DNA of 64,000 nucleotides, taken from the IMG/VR virus record IMGVR_UViG_3300022744_000002, positions 1-64,000 of that record, one strand, 5' to 3'. The position numbers were made by a program, and so were the translations under genes. The DNA is from a virus. This document shows, piece after piece, positions 1 through 8,458 of the stretch (positions are counted from its first letter, which is position 1; each line of letters begins with the position of its first letter). A model generated the notes under the pieces. That model had not been told where the DNA came from, did not search any database, and saw only the letters and a program-made list of their open reading frames with translations.

Positions 1-1
1 C

Positions 2-2509
2 GCGGTCACCGTCGTCTCCCACTCGGGTGTCTACACCCTGGAGTTCGACGACAACTTCCGTGGTGCTCGGCGCTACAACGACAAGGCCGGGCGCATGCAT
101 GCGCGCTACGCCCAGCTCCTCGATGCGGTCAAGAGCCAGGACGTCCAGTTGGGTGACATCTCCCCCTCCCGCAAGCAGGAGATGCGTGAGGAGGCCGCGG
201 CCCTGAGCGGCATGGACCCCAACGACGACGGCATTGAGAGCACCCCCGCCTTCAAGAAGCTGCGCACGCGTGAGCGCAACCATCCCACCCTGTCCAAGGC
301 CGACCAGCGCGCCGCGGCCATCCAGGCGCTGAACGAGTCCCCCAAGCTCACCGGGGAGTACCGCAACTTCGATGACTGGGCCCAGCAGAACGACAACGAC
401 GACCCCTTCGAGGCGGCCCGTCAGTTGGGGGCTCAGGTCGAGGTCACCCGGGCTGTGCGCACGGCCGAGCTCACCAACGCCGAGAACCTCAACCCGCTGT
501 CCCTCAACGGACGGGGCTACGGCAAGGCACTGAAGGCCCTGCAGGACCAGTTCCCGTACTACATCGCCAAGGCCGAGTACATCGCGCCCGGATCGGGCCG
601 ATACGACAGTGGGTACGTCAAGCCGCGGTTCATCCGGCCGGCTGACGCCCTCGCGGGGTACTACGACGAGTCCATCGAGGGCAAGGGCAAGCTGCACGCC
701 GACCGAACGAACTACCAGAACTTCTCCATCATCGGCTCGCCCGCGCACCCCAAGAGCAACCCCGGCGCCCAGGCACCCAAGTGGGACTACATCCCTGAGC
801 GGGATCAGGAGAGGAAGGAAGCCAAGGAGGAGGCTGCTCCTCCGGCCGAGACTCCTACTGCACCCACCCGCGAGCGGCCCTCACCGGAGTCCTCCGACTT
901 CGACAAGTACGCCAAGGTCGATGCCCGGATGGACCTCGTGCGCGCGCTGCGTGACTCGGGGGTCTACGGGGAGAACATGCCTAATCCCGGTGTCGAGCCC
1001 AACGAGGCCGACCGCAAGGCGTGGTCGATCATCCTCGACGACGATCTGGACACCATGGAGGACCGGATCGCCACCGACGCGGTTTACGCGGCCAAGCTCG
1101 ACCGGCAGCTCAAGGACGTGCGGGACAACAAGGGCATCGACGTCGATCCCAAGTTCTGGAAGGCCTTCGACAACCCCGGAGGGGTCAACAAGGTCGTGGC
1201 CGTCCCGAGCAACCCCGTGCAGTTGCTGCGGGGCATCGGCAAGGTCTCCTACGACTTCCCCAACGTCAAGCTGGGGATGCCCACCGAGACCTATGACCGG
1301 CTCATCGAGGCGCTGCTGCGCCGGGGCGAGCTGGGGACCATCGGCGCCACCCAGGAGACCCCGACGTGGATCTCCCCGGAGAAGTCCTACGACGAGGTGG
1401 CCCCGGCCATCAAGGAGTACGCCGGCAAGCTGCAGAACGTGGCCCAGCAGATCAACCAGTACAAGCAGAACCAGCGACTGGACATGCCCCGCGGCTGGAG
1501 TGACGAGCGGTTGAGCGCTGAGGCATCCTCCTTGGCGCAACTCTCCCAGGCCTTCCAGATGAGGGATGCCGGACGAGCAGAAGATATCCCCGAGGCGGAG
1601 GAAGAAGCCCCAAAAGCTGAAGCCCCCGATCAGGGGGCGGTCGTTGACTACCAGGAGAAGCTCCTCGCCGCAGCCGCCCCGCATCAGGAGAAGATCCACT
1701 CCATGATCGGCATGACGGACGTGGCCGACGAGGTGGACAAGCTGGTGGCCCAGGCAGTCATCGGCAAGGCGCGGGAGAAGGCGGGCCTGAAGGTCGATCC
1801 CCGCCCCATGCACCTGGTGTTCACCGGCAACCCGGGCACAGGCAAGACCACTGTGGCCGAGATCATCGCGCCGCTGTATGCCGACCTCGGGCTGATCGAG
1901 AAGCCCACCGTGAAGACCCTGACCAAGTCGGAGATCATCGGCCCCTACGCCAACCAGGTCGAGGAGCACACCCGCAAGGTGCTCAACGAGAACGCGGGCG
2001 GGGTCATCATCATCGACGAGGCCTACACGCTGGAGAACGACGCGGAGGGCAGGAAGGCCATCGAGGAGATGGTCCCCATGCTCACCAAGGAGCTCAGCGG
2101 CACCGTAGTGATCCTCGCGGGCTACCCCGGGCGCATGCAGCAGTTCATGGAGGTCAACGAGGGGCTGGGCAGGCGCTTCCCCAAGACAGTGAAGTTCCGG
2201 GACTACAGCGCCGACGAGATGCGCGAGATCGCCGAGTCCATGCTCGAGCAGCGCCAGTACACCGCCACCCGCCCCGCGGTGAAGAACGCCCTCATCGACG
2301 CCGTCACCAAGCTGGCCGAGCGCCCCAACAACGGCAACGGTGGCGGGGTCAGCAACCTCATCAACCACGCCCGGGACGCTCAGGAGGTCCGGCTGATGAA
2401 GGTCAAGGACCCCACTCCCAAGCAGCTGAGCGAGCTCACGGCCGGTGACATCAAGTACGCCATGATGGCGATGGGTCTTGAGCCCAAGGCACGGAAGAAG
2501 GCTGCGTGA
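2..2509 (+). CDS. Large head-module protein (5' partial) with C-terminal CbxX/SpoVK/EccA-type AAA+ ATPase domain
   Basis: Frame stays open from the window edge to the first ATG at 95, so the gene probably starts upstream. Walker A GNPGTGKT (~1826-1849), Walker B IIIDEAY (~2006-2026), LAGYP and GRRF motifs. Stop overlaps the GTG start of the next gene. Confidence 0.75.
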   Translation, partial: AVTVVSHSGVYTLEFDDNFRGARRYNDKAGRMHARYAQLLDAVKSQDVQLGDISPSRKQEMREEAAALSGMDPNDDGIESTPAFKKLRTRERNHPTLSKADQRAAAIQALNESPKLTGEYRNFDDWAQQNDNDDPFEAARQLGAQVEVTRAVRTAELTNAENLNPLSLNGRGYGKALKALQDQFPYYIAKAEYIAPGSGRYDSGYVKPRFIRPADALAGYYDESIEGKGKLHADRTNYQNFSIIGSPAHPKSNPGAQAPKWDYIPERDQERKEAKEEAAPPAETPTAPTRERPSPESSDFDKYAKVDARMDLVRALRDSGVYGENMPNPGVEPNEADRKAWSIILDDDLDTMEDRIATDAVYAAKLDRQLKDVRDNKGIDVDPKFWKAFDNPGGVNKVVAVPSNPVQLLRGIGKVSYDFPNVKLGMPTETYDRLIEALLRRGELGTIGATQETPTWISPEKSYDEVAPAIKEYAGKLQNVAQQINQYKQNQRLDMPRGWSDERLSAEASSLAQLSQAFQMRDAGRAEDIPEAEEEAPKAEAPDQGAVVDYQEKLLAAAAPHQEKIHSMIGMTDVADEVDKLVAQAVIGKAREKAGLKVDPRPMHLVFTGNPGTGKTTVAEIIAPLYADLGLIEKPTVKTLTKSEIIGPYANQVEEHTRKVLNENAGGVIIIDEAYTLENDAEGRKAIEEMVPMLTKELSGTVVILAGYPGRMQQFMEVNEGLGRRFPKTVKFRDYSADEMREIAESMLEQRQYTATRPAVKNALIDAVTKLAERPNNGNGGGVSNLINHARDAQEVRLMKVKDPTPKQLSELTAGDIKYAMMAMGLEPKARKKAA

Positions 2510-4686
2510 GCCTTCAGCCCGAGGAGATCCTGCGCGACCCGTCCGAGGCCTTCCTCCACCAGCCCGGGTTCCTCGAGGGTGCGCCGGCGCCCATCGAGCA
2601 GCCGGTGGAGCAGCACCCGGACTTCGCCAAGATCGCCGTGGGGATCGCTGCCGCGCTGGTGATCCTGCGGCTGGTGATGAAGCACGAGCTGGGCAAGACC
2701 GATGCTCAGACCCCCGAGGAGATCCAGGCGGCCGCCCATCGGATCTACCGCAGGATCTTCCCCGCGTGGCTGCAGGCGTCTGTGCCGGCCATCACCCAGG
2801 CCTACCGGCTGGGGTCCACCCACTCGGTGTCCTACGCCGAGCTGGAGAAGATGGCGACGGACTACGCGACCGAGCTGGGCGACTTCGTCAACGACTCCTC
2901 CATCCTCGCCCTGACCGACGCCTTTAACGCGCAGGTCAACGCGGGCTGGTCCGAGCGGCTGGCATGGCAGCGCGCGCGTGAGGCCTACGGGCTGGACAGC
3001 GTCCAGATGCGCTCCTACGTCAAGGGCCTCATGGCGCAGGACAAAGAGGGCTACACCACCGACCCGGTGCCTGCTGCGGCCCGCTCCGCGGTCGATCGCG
3101 CCTTCCTCATCCGGGCGGACCGGATCGGCACCAATGAGGCGTTCAAGGCCTCTCAGGTGGGCCGGAACATGGTCTGGATCATGCTGGCCTCGGCCGGTGA
3201 GCTTCCCCCGGGCACGATGAAGAAGTGGGTCACCGCTGAGGACGAGCGGGTGTGTGGGGTGTGTGGGCCGCTGGATCAGGTGACCATCCCCCTGCACCAG
3301 CGCTTCGAGACCCTCGGTGGGGAGAAGTTCTACGCCCCCGGTGTCCACCCCAACTGTCGGTGCGAGCTGGAGATCGTCTACCCCGACCTGGGCAACGACG
3401 TCGTCAAGGCCATGCCCGGCGACCCCTACAACCGCAACGCTGAGGGGGAGTTTGCTTCGCGGGAGGAGCGCAAGGGGGTCGCGCGAGTGAAGGGCGTGGC
3501 ACGCGAGGGCGTGGCTCGGGAGGGAGTCTCCCGCGAGGGCGTGAACCGTGAGGCCACTGGAGTTGTGCGCGAAGCTGCGGGGGGCAACCGCTCGGCGGGC
3601 GTGAACCGGTCGGTCGCCGGGGTCAACCGGGCCACCGATGTCGCCGGGGTCAACCGCGAGACGTGGCAGCAGGCGGACGCGCTCATGGCCCAGCAGCGGG
3701 AGTTGCTGGCCGAGTCGGAGAAGAAGCTGGCCTCCACCCGCTCACGCGCGCTGTCCCAGCGGGAGAACGCGACCTTCACCCGAGAGTTCCGTCCCGACGA
3801 TCCCCAGATGCACACCACCACGGCATTCATGCCGGCCGATGGGTTCATCAAGGCCATGAGGCTGAACCGCAAGGCCGTCCTCACCCGCGGCACTCCCATC
3901 ACTATTGGCACCCAGGACGAGCACGGCTTCCATGGGGTGCAGGCCTTTCATCAGTCACCCGACACCGAGGCCGATCTGGAGACCAGCCCGGCCTTTGCCT
4001 CGGCCTTCGCCTCCTACTTGGACACCTTGGGCAGCGACATCATCGAGCGCCACAAGGTCTCACGGGAGAGCCGTCCCAAGGGCATGAGCGACTACGAGAA
4101 GTTCGGGGACAACCCCAGCCTCGCGGAGTTCGGCAACCAGCGTCGGATGCTGGCGAACCGGTCCAAGCGGGATCTGATGGTCCTGGTCTCTAACGCCAAG
4201 AGCACCTCCGAGGGCCGTGAGGCCATCCGTAACTCCCAGCTCGAGGACTACGACTGGTTGTTCGAGTCCGAGCCCAACGACCTCGCTAACGAGGTCATGT
4301 GGGCGCTGGCGTCCGAGCGGGACCTGTACGACCACGAGGCCAGCCAGGGTCGTCTTCGAGGAACGCCGTGGAACGACGAGGTTGATCGTCTGGGCGGCGA
4401 GGTGAACGACGACGACGTTGAGTTCGGGATGGCCGGGGTCGAGGGAGCACGCGAGCGGTTCGGCGTCCAGCCCATCTTCTTCGCCTTTCCCGAGTGGTAT
4501 GGCGTGCGCGAGGGCGAGCCGGACACGGACAACCCGGTGTGGGTCGAGGGCGACTACCAGGTCATGGACGTCTCACCGCCCCAGACCATCCCCGACGACC
4601 TCCTCGATGACATGGATGCGCGGGAGATCATGAACCATGCCGTCATCGTGACGCTGGGCCGAGTTCAACCACCAAGGGGTGAGTGA
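2506..4686 (+). CDS. MuF / SPP1 gp7-like head morphogenesis protein with long C-terminal extension
   Basis: WVTAEDERVCGVCGPLD and GVHPNCRCE motifs (~3226-3366) are the conserved signature of the MuF family. It lies upstream of the protease-like, scaffold and capsid genes. About 400 aa of unassigned sequence follow the core. Confidence 0.8.
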   Translation: MSLQPEEILRDPSEAFLHQPGFLEGAPAPIEQPVEQHPDFAKIAVGIAAALVILRLVMKHELGKTDAQTPEEIQAAAHRIYRRIFPAWLQASVPAITQAYRLGSTHSVSYAELEKMATDYATELGDFVNDSSILALTDAFNAQVNAGWSERLAWQRAREAYGLDSVQMRSYVKGLMAQDKEGYTTDPVPAAARSAVDRAFLIRADRIGTNEAFKASQVGRNMVWIMLASAGELPPGTMKKWVTAEDERVCGVCGPLDQVTIPLHQRFETLGGEKFYAPGVHPNCRCELEIVYPDLGNDVVKAMPGDPYNRNAEGEFASREERKGVARVKGVAREGVAREGVSREGVNREATGVVREAAGGNRSAGVNRSVAGVNRATDVAGVNRETWQQADALMAQQRELLAESEKKLASTRSRALSQRENATFTREFRPDDPQMHTTTAFMPADGFIKAMRLNRKAVLTRGTPITIGTQDEHGFHGVQAFHQSPDTEADLETSPAFASAFASYLDTLGSDIIERHKVSRESRPKGMSDYEKFGDNPSLAEFGNQRRMLANRSKRDLMVLVSNAKSTSEGREAIRNSQLEDYDWLFESEPNDLANEVMWALASERDLYDHEASQGRLRGTPWNDEVDRLGGEVNDDDVEFGMAGVEGARERFGVQPIFFAFPEWYGVREGEPDTDNPVWVEGDYQVMDVSPPQTIPDDLLDDMDAREIMNHAVIVTLGRVQPPRGE
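3475..3660 (+). repeat. Imperfect 15-nt tandem repeats inside the MuF-like gene (peptide GV[ASN]RE-like, about 12 units)
   Basis: Read directly from the sequence: GVARVKGVAREGVAREGVSREGVNRE...AGVNRSVAGVNRATDVAGVNRE. Confidence 0.8.
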
Positions 4687-4689
4687 CTG

Positions 4690-5892
4690 ATGCGCGACGA
4701 TAGGACCATGGAAACACTCGACGTCGTCGTGGCTGGACTGTTCGGCGACGCCGTCGATCCCCGCGAGCTGCGGGACGTCATCGCCAAGGCCAACGACTCC
4801 TCGGAGATGCACGTCAAGACGGCCGGGGTCGAGCCCAAGTCCGTCCAGCTCAAGCACAAGCGACAGGCTCAGGTGGGGCTGGCCTCCAACGTGCTGGGCC
4901 TGACGGCGGGCGTGGCGGCCACCGCCGCGGCTGTCCGCAACCCGGCGCTGAAGCGACCGATGATGGAGAACGCTGGTCCGGTCGTACGCCGACTGGCTCC
5001 CTACCTCAAGACCAATGCTGGCCGAGCCCGGCTGATCCGCACCGGCGCCATTGGGGCGCTGGGGCTGCAGGCGGCCAACACGGGCGGCGACGTCATCGCC
5101 AACCGGGTGCTCAACCGGGAGTCCAAGAAGGACGTGAGCAAGGCCCTGACGGACATCCTGCTCGAGCGCCAGCAGGGTCGGGTCACCACCGAGCAGGCCA
5201 TCGCTCTGGCCTCGGACATCGTGTCCAAGGTCGTCACGCCGGACTCCAAGGCCATCCACGACGCCGTGGATGCGATCGCACCGGCCATCCCGTCCAAGAA
5301 GGTCCAGCTGGGTCTGAAGGCGGCCAAGGGCATCCAGCAGGGCGCGCAGGCGGCGGCGCCGGCTGTCCAGCAGGGCGCCAAGGGCGGCAAGAAGATCCTG
5401 GGCTTCGCCAAGAAGGCAGTGGCCCAGCCCATCACCCCGAACATCCCCGACCCCGTGGCCAAGTCCGGTCCCGCCGTGACGTGGAGCGGGGAGATCTCCA
5501 AGATGGACACGGACAAACGTCAGGTGTTCGGCTTCGCCCTCGTCACGCACGTGGACGGGGAGCCGGTGATCGATCGGCAGGGGGACTACACCCCGCTCGA
5601 GGAGATCGAGAAGAGTGCGTACACCTACGTCATCGAGTCCCGCAAGGGCGGGGACATGCACCGCAGGGACGGCGAGAACCCCCTGCACACCTCTGACTTG
5701 ATCGAGTCCTTCGTCATCACCCCGGAGAAGCTCTCCAAGATGGGGCTGGCCGAGGATGCGCTCCCGCATGGCTGGTGGGTTGGCTTCAAGGTCAACGACG
5801 ACCAGCAGTGGGACGACGTCAAGACCGGTAAGCGAACGTCCTTCTCCATTCACGGCAGCGGACGGCGCGTCGAGAAGATGATGGGAGTCTGA
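4690..5892 (+). CDS. XkdF-like (putative prohead protease family) domain protein with N-terminal extension
   Basis: The C-terminal half (KRQVFGFALV...DRQGD...EKSAYTYV...GGDMH...FSIHG) resembles the XkdF phage family. It sits between the MuF-like and scaffold genes. Confidence 0.6.
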   Translation: MRDDRTMETLDVVVAGLFGDAVDPRELRDVIAKANDSSEMHVKTAGVEPKSVQLKHKRQAQVGLASNVLGLTAGVAATAAAVRNPALKRPMMENAGPVVRRLAPYLKTNAGRARLIRTGAIGALGLQAANTGGDVIANRVLNRESKKDVSKALTDILLERQQGRVTTEQAIALASDIVSKVVTPDSKAIHDAVDAIAPAIPSKKVQLGLKAAKGIQQGAQAAAPAVQQGAKGGKKILGFAKKAVAQPITPNIPDPVAKSGPAVTWSGEISKMDTDKRQVFGFALVTHVDGEPVIDRQGDYTPLEEIEKSAYTYVIESRKGGDMHRRDGENPLHTSDLIESFVITPEKLSKMGLAEDALPHGWWVGFKVNDDQQWDDVKTGKRTSFSIHGSGRRVEKMMGV

Positions 5893-5893
5893 G

Positions 5894-6220
5894 ATGAAGG
5901 ACGCATTCGGCGTGGACCGCGAGGTGGTCTCCAAGAAGATCGTTCCTCTCTCCGCCAAGGAGAAGAAGGAATACAAGATGACCGGTGGTGAGAAGGCTGC
6001 TACTGCCGGGCTTACTGCCGCGGCGGGAGCGGGCGGATTCGCTGCTGGCTTGCACGGCCTGAACTCCAAGCCCGGCGCCATTGGCGCAGCCGTAGGAGCA
6101 GGTGGCATTCTCGGTGTAGGCGTGATCGGACAGCGTCGCAGGAAGCGCGTCAACGCTCTACGCGCCTCACAGGGCAAGAGCCCGCGTAGCTTCTGGACCG
6201 GTCAGCCGAAGAAGGCCTAG
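5894..6220 (+). CDS. Hypothetical Gly/Ala-rich basic protein starting MKDAFGV
   Basis: ORF packed between neighbours (1-nt gap upstream, 1-nt overlap downstream). Hydrophobic Gly/Ala stretch followed by an RRRKR tail. Confidence 0.5.
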   Translation: MKDAFGVDREVVSKKIVPLSAKEKKEYKMTGGEKAATAGLTAAAGAGGFAAGLHGLNSKPGAIGAAVGAGGILGVGVIGQRRRKRVNALRASQGKSPRSFWTGQPKKA

Positions 6221-7152
6221 TGTCCGCCGACCTCGCCCACAAGAAGCGCATCCAGGCCGGTCTCAGCCTCGCTGGGGCAGGACTAGGGCTCGCTGCGCTC
6301 GGAACCAAGGGCGGGGCCGTCGCTACCCGCCAGACCCTCAAGAGGGTCCCTGAGGTGGCACGCCGGCTCAAGCTGACCCCCAAGGTCGCGGAGAAGGCGG
6401 ACAAGACCTCGCTGGGTCTGGTCACGACGGCCTCGGGTCTGGGAGGCGCGAGCGGGATCCACTTCGCCGCCCTCCAGCGCGAGGAAGCCAAGAAGGAGGA
6501 CAGGGTGGCCAAGAACGCCTTTGGGGTTAGTAAGGCCGAGCAGTACGGCGCTGACCGTCGATCCTTTGTCAAGCGGGAGAAGGAGCAGCCCTACCTCGGC
6601 GGGCGCTTCGATGAGGCCAATGCCAGTCAGCTGGCCCGCCCCGTTCCCCAGCGCCACCTCAAGCTCGTGGGACCTGCTGCGCGCCCGCCCGCGCGCAAGC
6701 CCGGTGGGTTCGACCCCGAATCCCGGCGCCAGACCCGGATGAAGGCCGAGGAGGCTGGGCTGGGTGGTGCGGCCGCGGTGACCGCAGGATCCACCGGCAC
6801 CAAGGTGTATCGGACTGCACTGGCCTCGCGGGCCGTCAAGGACTCATCCACAAGGACACTGCGACTGGCCCGCAAGCGGGACGCCAACGCTCTGGCCGCG
6901 TGGACGCACAACGGAGCTACGCCCCAGAACAAGCAGATGGCCGCCCACCACGCCAAGAAGGCCCTCGGCTACGCCAAGGCCGCCCAGCGCTCTGAGGGCA
7001 AGACGCTGGCCTACCGCGCGCTGCGGCGCCAGCACGGCCGCGGGGCCGTTGTCTCCGCCGCCACCACCGGTGCGCTCGTCGCGGGAGCGGCCGGCGTCCA
7101 CCACATGCGTCAGCACCAGGGCAAGAAGTACACCGACTGGTGGGACGACTAG
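6220..7152 (+). CDS. Hypothetical basic Ala/Gly-rich protein (possible internal virion protein)
   Basis: 310-aa ORF in the head module. Contains an internal KNAFGV motif related to the N-termini of 5894 and 62918. No recognisable catalytic motif. Confidence 0.5.
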   Translation: MSADLAHKKRIQAGLSLAGAGLGLAALGTKGGAVATRQTLKRVPEVARRLKLTPKVAEKADKTSLGLVTTASGLGGASGIHFAALQREEAKKEDRVAKNAFGVSKAEQYGADRRSFVKREKEQPYLGGRFDEANASQLARPVPQRHLKLVGPAARPPARKPGGFDPESRRQTRMKAEEAGLGGAAAVTAGSTGTKVYRTALASRAVKDSSTRTLRLARKRDANALAAWTHNGATPQNKQMAAHHAKKALGYAKAAQRSEGKTLAYRALRRQHGRGAVVSAATTGALVAGAAGVHHMRQHQGKKYTDWWDD

Positions 7153-7159
7153 AGAAAAA

Positions 7160-7204
7160 GTTTTCCTCATCTGAGGAAAACCCTGCTTGCGCGCCGTGCA
7201 AGCA
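7160..7204 (+). other. Two adjacent hairpins (AT-rich perfect 10-bp palindrome, then a GC hairpin) upstream of the scaffold gene
   Basis: GTTTTCCTCA-tc-TGAGGAAAAC at 7160-7181, then GCTTGC-gcgccgt-GCAAGC at 7185-7203. Confidence 0.4.
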
Positions 7205-7224
7205 TGGAACGACAGGAGGCGAAC

Positions 7225-8007
7225 GTGGCAACTCGCAGGGTCAAGGAACTGACCAACATCGAGATCGATGAGGTTTCGCTGGTGGATGTACCCGCTAACC
7301 AGCACGCGAGGGTCGCAATCGCCAAGCGGGCTTCCGAGGAGGACATTGTGCCCGAAAAGATCTACAACGAGAATGGCGAGCTCCTTGACGCCACCCTTCT
7401 GGAGCCTGGTGACACTGTCTTCGATGCTGAGGGCAATGCATTCGAGGTTGTCCTGGAGGATGGCGACGATGCAGCCGCCGAGCACGAAGACGAGCGTGAG
7501 CTCGTGGGTGTCGGCAAGTCCTTCGCTGACGAGGTTCGCGAGAGCCTGAGCAAGGCCTTCACTGACATCGAGCGCGATGAGGTCATCGCCAAGGCCCTGG
7601 GCCAGGTCGATGTTCTCTCCAAGCGCCTGGAGGAGGCCGAGAAGATCGCCAAGAGCGAGCGCGACCTGCGCCTGCTGGGTGAGTACGTCGAGGTCGCCAA
7701 GGGATACAACATCCCCACCGACCCCAACACCCTGGGCCCGGTTCTCCAGCGCATGGCCGAGACGATGTCCTACGAGGACTGCTCGGTCATCCACAAGGCG
7801 CTCTCCAGCGCCGGCTCGGCTCTGTTCGCTGAGGTCGGCACCATCGGTGGTGGCGACAACAACGACGTCATGACTCAGGTGGACGCCTTCCTCGAGCAGG
7901 CCGTCTCCAAGTCAGAGTCGATCTCCAAGGCCGCCAAGGTCGAGGAGTTCTTCGCCACCAACCCAGATGCGTACGACCAGTACCGTCTCGACCAGCTCAA
8001 CCGCTAG
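7225..8007 (+). CDS. Capsid scaffolding protein (putative)
   Basis: Acidic, helix-prone ORF immediately upstream of the decoration-like and capsid genes. GTG at 7225 has AGGAGG 6 nt upstream, and the track ATG at 7204 is an alternative start. Confidence 0.55.
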   Translation: MATRRVKELTNIEIDEVSLVDVPANQHARVAIAKRASEEDIVPEKIYNENGELLDATLLEPGDTVFDAEGNAFEVVLEDGDDAAAEHEDERELVGVGKSFADEVRESLSKAFTDIERDEVIAKALGQVDVLSKRLEEAEKIAKSERDLRLLGEYVEVAKGYNIPTDPNTLGPVLQRMAETMSYEDCSVIHKALSSAGSALFAEVGTIGGGDNNDVMTQVDAFLEQAVSKSESISKAAKVEEFFATNPDAYDQYRLDQLNR

Positions 8008-8023
8008 AGGGAGGTAGACACAG

Positions 8024-8443
8024 ATGGCAACCTACGAAGAGTCCATCCGCTCCATCACCCTTGATGCCGCGGCTGGCCTGGCGAAGTACACGGGCGTTCC
8101 GGGGCTCCCCGGATCGGCCAGCCCGAACTCGGGCAACCAGTACCGCTTCGTCGTGGTGTCGGGCGCGCATGAGTGCGACCTGGCCAAGCACGACAGCACG
8201 TACCCGATCGGCGTCGTCCAGAACAAGCCCCAGGTGACCGGGGCCGCCGCCACCGTCGCGATCCGGGGTATCACCCTGGTGGAGTGCGGTGGGGACATCG
8301 ACGCCGGTGAAGCCGTTGTCGTCATCGGTGAGGCGGGGCTTGCTGCCGCCTACGGTGAGGGCGGCGCAGGCACGGTCGTCGTCGGAATCGCTGTTGGCAG
8401 CGCAGTCTCGGGCAAGCTCTGCCCGGTCCTGCTGAAGATCTGA
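8024..8443 (+). CDS. DUF2190-like head decoration / cement protein (putative)
   Basis: 139-aa Gly/Ala/Val-rich beta-type protein directly upstream of the major capsid gene. The call rests on overall resemblance and is weaker than a motif match. Confidence 0.45.
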   Translation: MATYEESIRSITLDAAAGLAKYTGVPGLPGSASPNSGNQYRFVVVSGAHECDLAKHDSTYPIGVVQNKPQVTGAAATVAIRGITLVECGGDIDAGEAVVVIGEAGLAAAYGEGGAGTVVVGIAVGSAVSGKLCPVLLKI

Positions 8444-8458
8444 GGGGAGTAAGAGACA

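Noticed and set aside
881-2368. Long antisense ORFs opposite clear genes (for example 881..2368 -, 4573..6177 -, 7997..9367 -, 17408..18865 -, 39013..39981 -, 43250..44143 -, 45813..46664 +).
   Set aside because: They are Arg/Gly/Pro/Leu-rich with no motifs and sit exactly opposite ORFs that carry recognisable domains. This is the typical stop-codon-poor antisense frame of high-GC DNA.
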